DNA of 64,000 nt, taken from positions 67,766,001 to 67,830,000 of the forward strand of contig NC_083285.1 in the NCBI RefSeq assembly GCF_963506605.1, given 5' to 3'. Shown in pieces: positions 12,541 through 24,994 of the stretch (the first letter of the stretch is position 1; each line of letters begins with the position of its first letter). The stretch is from Zootoca vivipara (lineage: Eukaryota). Both the position numbers and the translations under genes were made by a program. Under the pieces are notes generated by a model. It was not told the DNA's origin and did not search any database. It saw only the letters and a list, made by a program, of their open reading frames with translations.

Positions 12541-12618
12541 TTCCTTGTAACCATGATCTCTGCTACATGTTCCAAAGCAGTGGCAGTCCTGCTACCACAG
12601 AATAATAGTGCAGGGTGG

Positions 12619-12730
12619 GGAAGGAAGGAAGGAAGGAAGGAAGGAAGGAAGGAAGGAAGGAAGGAGAGAGGGGGGAGGGAGAGGAAAGGAAGAGACAGAG
12701 AAGGGAGGGAGGGAGGGAGGAGGGGGTGAG
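12619..12730. repeat. (GGAA)n / purine-rich simple repeat
   Basis: Visible tandem repeat. Confidence 0.9.
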
Positions 12731-13512
12731 AGGGAAAGGGAGCGGGGGAGGGAGGGAACTTTTATTTTTGAAATATAAAGTGATTTATAAATCTCAGTTG
12801 CTTTTTGAAGAGATGATTTGGTTTGTCAGTAGCTGATTAAAACACATTAACTTGATTTTGCTGTAATGTATGCCTCTCCCACAGCTTTACAAAGCAAGCA
12901 ATACTTGAAACTGTGATTTGGCTGAAAACCCACCTATCAGTTTGGATTCACAAATGTCTTTCATTAATTTACTGGAGAAATAATTAAACAAGAAATTAGG
13001 ATTAAATTTGAATTCTAGACCTTTTACAGTCAATGGTTTTAAGCAGGACCAAGTCAGATAATTGACCACTTCCACTAAGCATTTCGTATAAACATACGCG
13101 CAACTACTTAATCTTTGTTTTAAAGCAACATGAATGATACTACATGATAATATGGGACAGGTGAATGTATGTCCCCCAGGTCCTCCCCAATGACCAATAT
13201 ACTTGCTTTAGTTCGTAAAGCCTGGGGGGGGGGCGGATGTGGCCCAATCGCCTTCTCAATCCGGCCCGCAAATTGTCCAGGAATCAGTGTGTTTTTACAT
13301 GAGTAGAATGTGTCCTTTTCTTTAAAATGCATCTCTGGGTTATTTGTGGGGCAGAGGAATTTGTTCTTTTTTCTTTCTTTCTTTTCAAAATATATGTCAG
13401 AGGTTCCCCCTTACAATATAGCTTGGCCCCCCACAAGGTCTGAGGGACAGTGGACCCCCTGCTGAAAAAGTTCGCTGACCCCTGCTTTAGTTGATGATCT
13501 AAATTACAGCTA

Positions 13513-13645
13513 GTTACAGGTAGGTAGCCGTGTTGGTCTGACGCAGTCAAAACAAAATAAAAAAATCCTTCCAGTAGCACCTTAGAGACCAACTAAGTTT
13601 GTCACAGGTATGAGCTTTCGTGTGCATGCACACTTCTTCAAATAC
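13513..13645 (-). mobile_element. Penelope-like element terminal fragment with degenerate hammerhead
   Basis: Same sequence family as 27518, 57258 and 62419 copies. Confidence 0.7.
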
Positions 13646-13815
13646 ACTTCTTCAAATTACAGCTGTAATACTTGTGTTCCGTCACTAGGTGCCGCTGTAG
13701 TGCTGCTTTCTTCAGCAGATGCAAAAAGAATTTCACCTCAAGCTATGAAACAGATATCAAAGAACTGCCTCCAATACAGCTGCTCTTTCAGTTGTTACTT
13801 ACAAAAGGGTGCAGG

Positions 13816-14260
13816 CAGGGCCAGATTAAGACCCTTAGCACTTTAAAGATTATAATATAATATAATATAATAATTATTATATATTATATTTTAGTGTCCC
13901 CATATGTATCTAATTCAAAATATACAGTAAACAATAATGAACCATAAAATAAAATTAAAATTTTCAAAATGAAGCAAAACCTACAATAAGATGGAAAATA
14001 ATGTTTACTTTTTTATACTTCCACTTTATTCACATTTGAAAATTTTCCTCCTCCTTTTTGTAACTGCAAAGTCTTTGATCAGATCCTCAAAGCTAAAATT
14101 ATGTAACACGTCTGCTTCTATACTTAGCAGAGACAAGGCATCCAGCCTGCTTTGTTGCATAGTTGTTCTGTTGGGATTTTTAATATACATCAGCTGAGAA
14201 AATGAACACTCGTCTGAGCAATTTGTGGCCATTAATGTTAAAATCTGGCAATGGAAAAAT
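13816..14260 (-). mobile_element. hAT transposon remnant with transposase C-terminal dimerisation domain
   Basis: ORF 14026-14232 TNCSxExSFSQLxxIKNxxRTTMxQxRLxALSLLSIE; CAGGGCC terminus at 13816. Confidence 0.75.
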
Positions 14261-15472
14261 TACGTGGTGGTCCCTTTCGCCTGATGCCCTCTCCTTCCGT
14301 GAATCGGCATAATCCTTGTTTAATGCCTTCTAGGCTGGTGGCCATCACTGCCTCCTGTGGGAGGGAGTTCCACAGTTTCACTGCACACTGCATAAAGAAC
14401 TTTTTTTGCCTATCCTGAATCTTCCAAAATCCAGCTTTGCTGGGTGTCCTTGAGTTCTAGCCTTACGGCAGAGCAAGAAAGACTTTTATCTGCCCCGAGT
14501 CACCCAACATCCTGAATCTCCCAAGGGTGCTGGCGAACGGTGCAGCAATAAAATTGCACATTTGCAAAGCTAAGCAGGATCTGGTCCAGTTTCCAATTGG
14601 ATGGGGAATCATGTGTTGAGAGCCCTGCATTGCAGGGGGTTGGACTAGATGACCCATTGGGGTCCCTTCCAACTCTACCATTCTGTGATTCTTTGCTTCT
14701 GATGTTCTTTGCCTCCAGATGTTGGTGGACTACAAATTCCCTCATCTCTGGCTGTAGACTATGCTGGCTGCTGACAGCTGGAGCCTCAGTTTCCCCATCT
14801 GTGTTATAACCAAATGTGGCAGAGGCTGAACCCCACCCACCCCGAGTTACAGCCCTCTCTCTTTGAGATCCTGGGGATTAAAAACAAGTCATGCTTCGAC
14901 CAAACTGATGGATTATGCCGAAATGGGAAATTAACTGGAAAGCTCAGAAATCAAGAAGGCAAGAACTTTAGGAAAGAATGAGAAAGGTTTGTCATTGATT
15001 TACGAGACCACTGTAAGCAGGTTAAAACATCAGCAGGATTTTAACCACACTTGTAAAGCAACAGAAAGAATGGGTAAGTTAGAAGGACTAAATTTGGATA
15101 AGTATTGATGTGCAGTTGCAAATATTATTATCAGGACCCATGGAAGGGGGGGGGGAGTCAGGAGATTCAGAATAATCTCAACATTTGGATTTGGAATTGT
15201 TTTTTGTTACATGTTTATACTTTTTAAAAATCAACTAAAAATTATATATTAAAAAAATGAAATGAAATGTGGGAAACAAAACCTATAAAATAAAACGCAG
15301 AACCAGCTGCAGGTTGGTTCAAATAAAACAACAACAACAACACACACAAAAACAACTCATGTTTTTCCATTTCCCTGGATTATTCCATCTGTCTGTCTGT
15401 CTGTCTGTCTCTGCTACCTGGAGATGGAAAGTGGGAGGTAGGTAAATCACGATGCGGATTGAGTCTACGTAC

Positions 15473-15537
15473 CCCACAAAGGTCTCGGTGCCGAGCGCAA
15501 CAGCCAGAAGGGCACCAAACAACAGGAGACTCCTCAT
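15473..15537 (-). CDS. CPA1: CPA1 exon 1, signal peptide MRSLLLFGALLAVALGTETFVG
   Basis: ATG at 15537; 65 bp; donor GG|gtacgt. Confidence 0.92.
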
Positions 15538-15589
15538 TTTGGCCAAGACGGGATAGCCACTAGGAACTGGGGTGGCTCCCCAGGGCGTC

Positions 15590-15596
15590 TTATATA
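15590..15596 (-). promoter_or_regulatory. TATA box of CPA1 (TATATAA)
   Basis: About 55 bp upstream of the ATG on the coding strand. Confidence 0.7.
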
Positions 15597-16163
15597 CCAT
15601 CCACAGTGTAAACGTTGGCTTGAGCGTGGCTGATATGGCCGCAGGGACCAGCCTCCGCCAGCCGCCCTCCTTCCCACAGCTCTGTCGGGAAAAGGGCTGA
15701 CACTTCCAACCCCTTTCCCTGATTGATGCTTTGGGGAACGCAGCACCTGCCTCGATAAGCGAGGAGGACCCACAAAGTTTCCTTTCGTCTCTGCCAAGCT
15801 TCCATGCAATGTGAAGGGGTTGTTGAATCATCCCCACCACAGAGCTCAAACAGAGCAGAGGGCTTCAGACCCCATTGATATCCATTGGCTGTGACCCAAA
15901 TTACCCCCCCCCCCAGACACACACCTGTAGTTGAAAGTGCTCCCAGGTGTGTGTAGGGTGCTTTTTGGGCACATAAATTTTCCACAGTGCCCAGTTCCCA
16001 ATTTAACCTTGATTTACCTCTTTTGGGGGAAACGGATAATTAAAAAAAACTCTAGAATCAAAGAATCGTAGAGTGGGAAGGCACCTCAGAGGTCCTCTAG
16101 TCCAACCCCCTGTTCCAAATGCCCCGATTGTGATGTGACTCCTTTGCAACATTTAACCCTTTT

Positions 16164-16720
16164 CCATGGGACTCTCAAGAGTCTCCTCCAGCACCATAAT
16201 TCAAAAGCATCAATTCTTCGGCGATCAGCCTTCTTTATGGTCCAGCTCTCACTTCCATACATCACTACTGGGAAGCTATGGTTTTCCCAGTAGTGATGTA
16301 TGGAAGTGAGAGCTGGACCATAAAGAAGGCTGATCGCCGAAGAATTGATGCTTTTGAATTATGGTGCTGGAGGAGACGCTTGAGAGTCCCATGGACTGCA
16401 AGAAGATCAAACCTATCCATTCTGAAGGAAATCAACCCTGAGTGGGTTGAAGGACAGATCGTGAAGCTAAGGCTCCAATACTTTGGCCACCTCATGAGAA
16501 GAGAAGACTCCCTGGAAAAGACCCTGATGTTGGGAAAGATGGAGGGCACTAGGAGAAGGGGACAACAGAGGCCGAGATGGTTGGACAGTGTTCTCGAAGC
16601 TACCAACATGAGTCTGACCAAACTGCGGGAGGCAGTGCAAGACAGGAGTGCCTGGTGTGCTATGGTCCATGGGGTCACGAAGAGTCAGACACGACTAAAC
16701 GACTAAACAACAACAACAAC
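16164..16720 (+). mobile_element. Bov-B (RTE) LINE 3' fragment with inverted 5' duplication
   Basis: YGSESWTIKKAD..IDAFELWCWRR; (CAA)n tail; TSD aacccttttcca. Confidence 0.9.
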
Positions 16721-17310
16721 AACCCTTTTCCAAAAGCACTCCAAGGGGAAACACTTCCAGCTGAGAGGTTCCACCCTCGAGGCAAGGTTCAGCCTTGGAG
16801 TTTCTCGGTTTAGCAAACAGATGCCCATGTGAGCCGAGGGCCACATCGCACGGCAATGGCAGCTTGAGCGTCCACACACCAGGCCAAAATCCACATGGCC
16901 CCTCATCACAAACGCTGCTTCCAGTAGCAACCAGTAAATATATTTCCCCTGACCATCAGCTTTAGGATTCCACATTGTTTGTGAAGTATTCATGGGTGGG
17001 TGAGATACTTGGGATGTGTTATAGGTATTCTAAGGTCTTATATATATAGAATAAATGTTCATAAATGTACAAGGCAAAGACGTACATGAGTATATAAACC
17101 ACGTGTCTGAAATAGTACAGGAGAACAATCCTGAAGCCATTTTGACTCTCCCATATTGGCCTCAAATATTTCTCTGCAAGGGGGAAGGAAATGGGAAAAG
17201 CTTTCCAATGGTCTTTGCACTGTAGGGGCTTACACCTCCCTGTAAATACAGTCTGGCTAGTATCTGTTGAGCTGAGCACACTCTCAATGTGCGTAACAGA
17301 TTCAGGAACT

Positions 17311-17917
17311 AGAATCATAGAATCATCGAGTTGGAAGAGACCACAAGGGCCATCCAGTCCAACCCCCTGCCAAGCAGGAAACACCATCAAAGCATTCTTG
17401 ACATATGCCTGTCAAGCCTCTGCTTAAAGACCTCCAAAGAAGGAGACTCTACCACACTCCGTGGCAGCAAATTCCACTGCCGAACAGCTCTTACTGTCAG
17501 GAAGTTCTTCCTAATGTTTAGGTGGAATCGTCTTTCTTGTAGTTTGAATCCATTGCTCCGTGTCCGCTTCTCTGGAGCAGCAGAAAACAACCTTTCTCCC
17601 TCCTCCATATGACATCCTTTTATATATTTGAACATGGCTATCATATCACCCCTTAACCTTCTCTTCTCCAGGCTAAACATACCCAGCTCCCTAAGCTGTT
17701 CCTCATAAGGCATCGTTTCCAGGCCTTTGACCATTTTGGTTGCCCTCCTCTGGACACGTTCCAGCTTGTCAGTATCCTTCTTGAACTGTGGTGCCCAGAA
17801 CTGGACACAGTACTCCAGGTGAGGTCTGACCAGAGCAGAATACAGTGGTACTATTACTTCCCTTGATCTAGATGCTATACTCCTATTGATGCAGCCCAGA
17901 ATTGCATTGGCTTTTTT
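17311..17917 (-). mobile_element. CR1 LINE 3' fragment
   Basis: ORF 17387-17734 ([21 protein letters not shown]). Confidence 0.9.
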
Positions 17918-17998
17918 AAGTATTTACCATCTCCAAGGAATGGCCAGGCTACCCAGAAAAGGCAATCAGATAATAATAAGGCTTTATCAGTTATCCTA

Positions 17999-18346
17999 GG
18001 GACCCAGGTGGCGCTGTGGTTAAACCACTGAGCCTAGGGCTTGCTGATCAGAAGGTCGGCGGTTCGAATCCCTGCGACCGGGTGAGCTCCCGTTGCTTGG
18101 TCCCAGCTCCTGCCAACCTAGCAGTTTGAAAGCGCGTCAAAATGCAAGTAGATAAATAGGAACCGCTACAGCGGGAAGGTAAACGGCGTTTCCGTGTGCT
18201 GCTCTGGTTTGCCAGAAGCGGCTTTGTCATGCTGGCCACATGACCTGGAAGATATACGCCGGCTCCCTTGGCCAATAATGCGAGATGAGCGCACAACCCC
18301 AGAGTCGGTCACGACTGGACCTAATGGTCAGGGGTCCCTTTACCTT
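17999..18346 (+). mobile_element. Sauria SINE
   Basis: Full length; TSD tttatcagttatcct. Confidence 0.9.
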
Positions 18347-19235
18347 TTTATCAGTTATCCTGGCAGACAGAAGAGAAGCAACATACACAAATTTCTGCTG
18401 GGGACCACCTCTTTCTGTGATGTGTGCATGATGTTTTGGGGGGTGGTCTTGAGCTACAGGAGAGGCAATTTCAAAAGCCTATGTAAGATTTTGCACACCA
18501 ATGTTCTGGGTTCCTCTCCTCCCTCCCTGCGTGGGGTGAGCGGGGGACCCTGTTGCAACAGTTTAATAAAGATCATGCTTACTAGCTGCTTTGCTTCTCA
18601 ATACTCTCTGGTTGGCCTCTGTTATTTTCTCCTGTTGATAGAGAACCTACGTAAGGACTCTATACGGGCTCTTGCATACCCCATAAGGGGAAAAGGAGCA
18701 GGTTGTTGTTTTTTCTTATAACAGGTTGGCATCTTATTTACTTATTTGGAGTTTTTATGCACTGCTCTTTTCGTGTACCAAAAAACAGCAGCAAAGGGGT
18801 TTCTGTAAAACAGACGCCAATCACAATGAAATGGACAAAAGGTGCTATTCAAACCAGGACTTGCCAGCCTGGTGCTGCCCACTTTCTTTTGGACTTCAGT
18901 TCCGCTGACAGCTAGGGTTGCCAAGTTCAGACCCTCCAAGTGCCCCTATTTCCCAGGGACAGTTCCCGAATTTACAGAAGCCGTTTTTGATTTGATGCCG
19001 GAATGTCCCGCTTTTCCTTAGGACGCCCCTGTTTTTATTGGAGAAATGCTGGAGGGGATGGAGTTCATATACCCCAGCCCTCTGTTTTATTGTGTTTTTA
19101 TACATGTTGGACACTGCTAGGAGGGCTGGGGCAAACCAGTCAGATGGGTGAGGTATAAATAATAGACATAGAAATATTATTTGCATTTCTCTCCACTGTG
19201 GGATATAGACAAAGAATCATAAGTTGGAAGGGACC

Positions 19236-19288
<53 letters not shown>

Positions 19289-19371
19289 ATTATTACTATT
19301 AAGATTACCATATTATATTTATTTTATAGTTATAATAAAAAATAATAGTTATTATCATATCATATATCATT

Positions 19372-19643
19372 GGGACGCGGGTGGTGTTGTGGTCTAAACC
19401 ACAGAGCCTAGAGCTTGCCGATCAGAAGGTCGGTGGTTCGAATCCCTCCGATGGGGTGAGCTCCCGTTGTTCGGTCCCAGCTCCTGCCCACCTAGCAGTT
19501 CGAAAGCACGTCAAAGTGCAAGTAGATAAATAGGTACCGCTCCGGCAGACAGACGCCGGCTCCCTTGGCCTATAGAGCGAGATGAGCATGCAACCCCAGA
19601 GTCGCCCACGACTGGACCTAACGGTCAGGGGTACCTTTACCTC
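19372..19643 (+). mobile_element. Sauria SINE, internally deleted
   Basis: Head and tail match the other copies. Confidence 0.85.
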
Positions 19644-20717
19644 TTTATCATATCATATCATAATTATTATATTGTAATATAATATAATATGATATTATAA
19701 AATTACATATAATATGTTGCTGTTGTTGAATAGGACGTACTTATTTTCATTACATAAATGTTGGTTGGGTATATTCCATCATCTTCATAAGCCAGTCCTT
19801 CTTTCATTGGGATTTTAATAGTCTCTCGGGTCAAAGTGAATATGACATTTTTTCCTGTTCCAGTGAGTAACTTGGCAGCTGTTGCAACCAGGGAAGGTCA
19901 CAGAGAGATTAGCCACTAACACTATTTTTGCCACTGTGCCAGAAGAAATGTTAACCTTCGGGATTAGATCATATATACCACCTTGGACTCCTTTGAGAAA
20001 AAGTTAGAAAAATACAAATAAATGTCCTGGTTCTTGGGAATTTGAGTAGCCTGCCTTGGACCCTCTCTTAAAGACAATCATTTTGCAGTTGACACTTTTC
20101 CCGGCACTGTATCTCCGTCCTAGAAAAAGCTACAGCTTTTTAATGTTGACGATCCAAGTTGCTAGTCCACAAGGATCTGAGGCTCACCAGAAGGCTGTGG
20201 TGTGTGGCCAACCTTCAGTCTTGGTTGTCAGGTACCCCTGTATGAGCTTATAGCTGTAATAAATTTGATCTGATCAGGTACCCCAGGGGACCACGGACTC
20301 CGTACGCTGATACAGAGGCCTGCAGAGCTCAGAGCCAGGATGAACGGCAGCCCCCCATGCTCTAGAGACAAAGGTGATTGCAACCCTTTGCCACAAGCCT
20401 GTGTGGTGAACGCGCAAAAGCTGGAGCACAAGAGTTTCCAGAGTTCAGCCCCATTCCATGGAATCGATTGCCTTCCTGCCTTGTTTGCATGCTTCCTAAT
20501 GTGGATTCTGGCTAGTCGCTCCTGGAAGCAGAGTCATGCACAAGAAGTGAACTTTTGGTCCGCCCAGCGGTGAGGGATTTGTGGCCTTCTCGAGGCTCCT
20601 GGACTACAATTCCCATAATCCTGCAACATCTGTATTAGCCCTGCCATGAGGCAGAGTGACAGACTCCTTTAGGGGGCAGAGACTAGCAGCTTGGGTTGCC
20701 ACCTGTCTGGCATAATA

Positions 20718-20969
20718 CAGTGGTATCTTGGTTCCCGAACGGCTTGGCTCCCAAACAAATCGGCTCCTGAACGCCGCAAACCCGGAAGTGAGTGTGCCGG
20801 TTTGTGAATGTTTTTCGGAAGCCAAAAAGTCCAGCGTGGCTTCTGCAGCTTCCGATTGAGTGAAGGAAGTTCCTGCAGCCAATTGGAAGCTGCACCTTGG
20901 TTTTCGAACGGTTTCGGGAGTCGAACGGACTCCCGGAACGGATTAAGTTTGAGAACCAAGGTACCACTG
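20718..20969. mobile_element. Tc1/mariner-type MITE
   Basis: CAGTGGTA..TTGGTTC TIRs; TA flanks. Confidence 0.8.
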
Positions 20970-21581
20970 TACAGGGTTGTCCCTTATTTGAGTGTAAAAT
21001 GCTGTGACCTGTATTGATGCAATACAGGACGCAGTTCGTCCCGTATCTCCCCTATTCCCCCCCCCTCTCTAGTGCCAGATTAAACTCTATGGAGCCCCCT
21101 AGGCAGTCGAAATAGGGGGGGCACCCCTCTCAAATTTTCTCCTAATACTTTTACCAACCAACCATTTTAATACACCAATTTTATTACACAAAACACTGGA
21201 CTAAGAAAGCTTGGTTGTCATGTTCTTTCAAGATCAAATCAATATTAAATCAATATTGTTTTGATCCGTTGTAGCGGGGCCCCTAAAAGGCATGGGGCTC
21301 AATACGCCGGTGCCTACTCTGACTTTTTGGTAATCGGGAAAACTCCTCTCTCTCTTTCTCTACCCCCCTCAATTCTTTCCTTTTTCTCTCCTCGCTGCCT
21401 CTTTTCATCCTGCTCTGAAGGAGCAGCAAAGCAGGGCAAGGCTTTTGTGTCAGTGCAGCCCAGAAGCCCCTATTCTGAATATTGTTAGCTGCATGATATT
21501 TGGGAGTGGGGGGAGAGAGAAGCAGCTCCCCACAAGGGGTCCCACATCTTTGCACTGGACCAAAAGCTTCAGACACTGGAG

Positions 21582-21717
21582 CAGGCATAGGCAAACTCGG
21601 CCCTCCATATTTTTTTGGGACTACAACTCCCATCATCCCTGACCACTGGTCCTGTTAGCTACGGATGATGGGAGTTGTAGTCCCAAAAAATATGGAAGGC
21701 CGAGTTTGCCTATGCCA
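21582..21717. mobile_element. hAT MITE (palindromic)
   Basis: CAGGCATAGGCAAACTCGG TIR; same internal hairpin as the 5215 family. Confidence 0.75.
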
Positions 21718-23420
21718 GCACTGGATGAATGTGAGACACCTCAAAATTTACACTGCTTTTGAAAGGTAAGATAGAAGACCCTAAAATCTGGCATGGCTCC
21801 ATGCTTTGTGGGGCCCTGGGAACAAATTGTGGAGCAATGGTTTGTTTTCTGTGTGTTCTTCTGCTTTGAGTGCATTATAATTCTATTTGTTGCTTTATTA
21901 TTAAATATGCCGTGTCCTTCAGTAATAAACAGTGAAAGAGTGGGGGTGGAGAGAGTGTGTGCTTAGTTTATTTTTCGGTTCCTATTTTGCTCGTGTTGTT
22001 AATATTGTTTTATAGATTATAAACGGACTGATTTGTGAATCATATAATAGGACTTTTGCTATAATTGTGAACTTTAGCTTATTTTTTAGTTGTTGTTTCG
22101 CCAACAATGTTTTACAGATTGTAATTGTTGATTTGTTGATGATTTGTTAATTATTCTCTACGCTGCATTTGTGATGATCCATTATGTTCTATCGTGTTGT
22201 TGTTGTTGTTGTTGTTGTTATTTATTGTTTGCAAGCCGCTTTGAGATTCAGTTGAACGAAAAGCAGCATAGAAATATAATAACCAATCAAATCAAATCTT
22301 GAATTCGAGTCCAAATGCAGTGCCCCTAATATTGCATTCACTGCATTAATTTACAATTCCCTTAACAGCTGGGGTCCAGGGTACTTTTGGAAATGTCTGC
22401 TTCCTTATATCCCTGAGGACTTTGCGGTGGGGGGTGGTCATTGTTAAAGGTCCTCCCCCACAGCACAGACGCCATGCATTCAGTACTGGGCGCCCAGTTC
22501 TGTGGAACTCCCTCCCACATGAGATCAGTCAGGAAACCCCACTCCCTGTTGAACCTGCAATTCTCGATTCTTTTTCTTTCAACGGGCATTTTAAAAAGTT
22601 TTCTGATTTTGTGATTAACTATTTTATTTCTATCTATCGTAATGTTACTGTACCTTGCTTGGAAACTGCGACTGTGTACACACCTATCGTTTGTTAAGAG
22701 GACTGGGAACTGTACTTTGAAGGGCTAAACAGGGTTCTAGGTGGGCGGAGGAGTGCTTTAAATGCATGGTGTGTTTGTCAGGCTGTTGAGCCGTATTATT
22801 CACTTATTTATTCTCATTTATATCCCATCCTTTCTCCCAAAGGAGCCCAAGGCAATGATAAACGGCTGAAAGAAATATAATTCGCATCCAGTCTTATTTT
22901 GGGGCAGCAATTCTGTGTAAAACATCTCCTATTGAAATGATCTGGAAAACTTGAAAGTTTCCTTGCTATATTTTATGGCATCTCAAGTCAGTCCCATAAA
23001 AAAAAAAATATCGCCCAACTGTTATGTATTCAGTGGTCTGTGTTTGCCTGAGCTTGAGTCTGGGCTAAAGATTCTGAGCTCCTGTGTTCTGATTCGATAC
23101 ATGATACCCAATCACAGAACAGTTCAGGAATTGGGCCTCTGCCATTGGCCCTTAAACTCTGAGTCATGATTCGCAGCTTGGAAGTTTAGACAGCCAATCA
23201 CGTTGGGAGTGGGAGTGGCCCAGGCCTTCAGAAATATATATAAGCAGTTGCTTTGCCCCTGTTGTCCAGTTCTGTTAATTTGATAAAGGTTATTGCTGTC
23301 ATCACTGCGCCTTGCCTTGTGACAACCCACCTACACTTCACCAACCATGGCTTTTGGCTTCCCCGCTGCATCCTTTCCTTATGAGACAACACAACTCTTT
23401 TGGGTGTTTTTGAAGACATC

Positions 23421-23426
23421 TTTATT
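23421..23426 (-). terminator. CPA2 polyadenylation signal AATAAA
   Basis: About 70 nt after the stop codon. Confidence 0.7.
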
Positions 23427-23492
23427 CATCTTTAAACGGAAGCATGTGGCTGATTTCTCTCCCTGTCCCTCTAGGCTCCAAAATCCCTCCTC

Positions 23493-23680
23493 TCAGTATG
23501 GATGGTCCCTCACATGCTCCATGATGGTCTTCAGAGCCAGCCAGGTCTCTTGCGCTGTCGGGATGATCTGGCTGGCGGGCAAGAGGAATCCGTACCGGCC
23601 GGTGTCTCTGAGTTCGAGACCAAAGGAGTATTTGATGCCTTGGTCGTAAGTCCAGTCGATGCTGCCTCCACTGGCTTGAT
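23493..23680 (-). CDS. CPA2: CPA2 exon 11 ([35 protein letters not shown]...HVRDHPY*)
   Basis: 188 bp to TGA; Y248 and E270. Confidence 0.95.
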
Positions 23681-24031
23681 CTGGGAGGAAGGAAAATGCT
23701 CAGGATGGAACTCTGGTTCTGCACACATTATATGCATTGAAAGCACATTTTGCCCTCTAGATTTTCTGGGTATTGTAGTTTGCTAAGGTTGCTGGGAATT
23801 ATAACTATTTGAGGAGTAAACTACAGCACCCAGAATTCTTTGAGAAGGCAGAGGGCCTTCTCAGTAGTGGCGCCTACCCTGTGGAACGCCCTCCCACCAG
23901 ATGTCAAGGAAATAAACAACTATCTGACTTTTAGAAGACATCTGAAGGCAGCCCTGTTTGGGGAAGGTTTTTAATGTTTGATGTTTTATTGTGATTTTAA
24001 TATTCTGTTGGAAGCCACCTAGAGTGGCTGG

Positions 24032-24398
24032 GGTAAAGGTAAAGGTAAAGGGGCACCTGACCATCAGGTCCAGTCGTGTCCGACTCTGGGGTTGCGGTGC
24101 TCATCTCGCTCTATAGGCCGAGGGAGCCAGCGTTTGTCTGCAGACAGCTTCCGGGTCATGTGGCCAGCAGGACAAAGTTGCTTCTGGTGAACCAGAGCAG
24201 CACACGGAAACGCTGTTTACCTTCCCACCGGAGCGGTCCCTATTTATCTACTTGCACTCTGATGTGCTTTCGAACTGCTAGGTGGGCAGGAGCTGGGACC
24301 AAGCAATGGGAGCTCACCCCATTGCAGGGATTCGAACCGCCGACCTGATCAGCAAGCCCTAGACTCTGTGGTTTAACCTACAGTGTCACCTGGGTCCC
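24032..24398 (-). mobile_element. Sauria SINE inserted in an L2 3' fragment (~23850-24460)
   Basis: TSD agagtggctgggg. Confidence 0.88.
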
Positions 24399-24630
24399 AG
24401 AGTGGCTGGGGAGGACCAGCCAGATGGGTGGGGTATAAGTAATAAATTATTATTAGTAGTAGTAGTAGTTCAATTTATACACCGCATTCTATCAAAAGAT
24501 CTCAGGGCGGTGTACAACATTAGAAACACATTGCAAAACATCAGTGATAAAAACATATAAAAACACAGACAAAAGCATACTGACAGACAGCCGAATAGTA
24601 AATTAGTAGATTATTTAATAGCCATAAAAT

Positions 24631-24994
24631 AAAGGCAAAGGACCCCTGACAGTTAAGTCCAGTAGTGGACAACTCTGGGGTTGCGGCGCTCATCTCGCTT
24701 TACTAGCCCAAGGGAGTCGACATTTGTCCGCAGACAGTTTTTCCGGGTCATGTGGCCAGCATGACTAAGCCACTTCTAGCGAAACTAGAGCAGTGCATCT
24801 AAATGCCATTTACCTTCCCGCCGGAGTGGTACCTATTTACCTACTTGCGCTTTGACGTGCTTTCGAATTGCTAGGTTGGCAGGAGCTGGGACCGAGCAAC
24901 AGGAGCTCACCCCGTCACGGGGATTCGAACCGCCAACCTTCCGATCGGCAAGCCCTAGGCTCAGTGGTTTAGACCACAGCGCCACCCGCGTCCC
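24631..24994 (-). mobile_element. Sauria SINE
   Basis: Reverse-complement match to the family. Confidence 0.88.

Larger units (their letters stand above)
147..15537 (-). other. CPA1: Carboxypeptidase A1-like gene span (exons 1-10; exon 11 lies left of window)
   Basis: Ten GT-AG exons of 65/82/135/99/102/102/111/91/200/85 bp splice in frame; HSRE, RKTR, NRN and HSYSQ motifs; [18 protein letters not shown] resembles CPA1 more than CPA2/4/5. Confidence 0.88.
17017..18723 (+). mobile_element. Solo LTR interrupted by CR1 and Sauria SINE
   Basis: TGTTATA...TATAACA; imperfect TSD ggatg/ggttg; AATAAA ~18565; homologous to 28374-29290. Confidence 0.68.

Noticed and set aside
12172-12729. GC-rich ORFs / apparent CpG island
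   Set aside because: Explained by a hAT MITE with 8-bp TSD plus a GGAA repeat
14026-14232. ZMYM1/ZBED-like domesticated gene exon
   Set aside because: Only a short C-terminal remnant next to a TIR, without supporting splice structure; treated as a dead hAT
14900-15260. Probable old L1-like 3' remnants (also ~27230-27490, 36500-37060, 62100-62820)
   Set aside because: Too degenerate to classify or bound without a search
15319-15849. 176-aa ORF as an extended CPA1 N-terminus
   Set aside because: The upstream part spans the TATA box and the downstream part is intron; the true start is 15537
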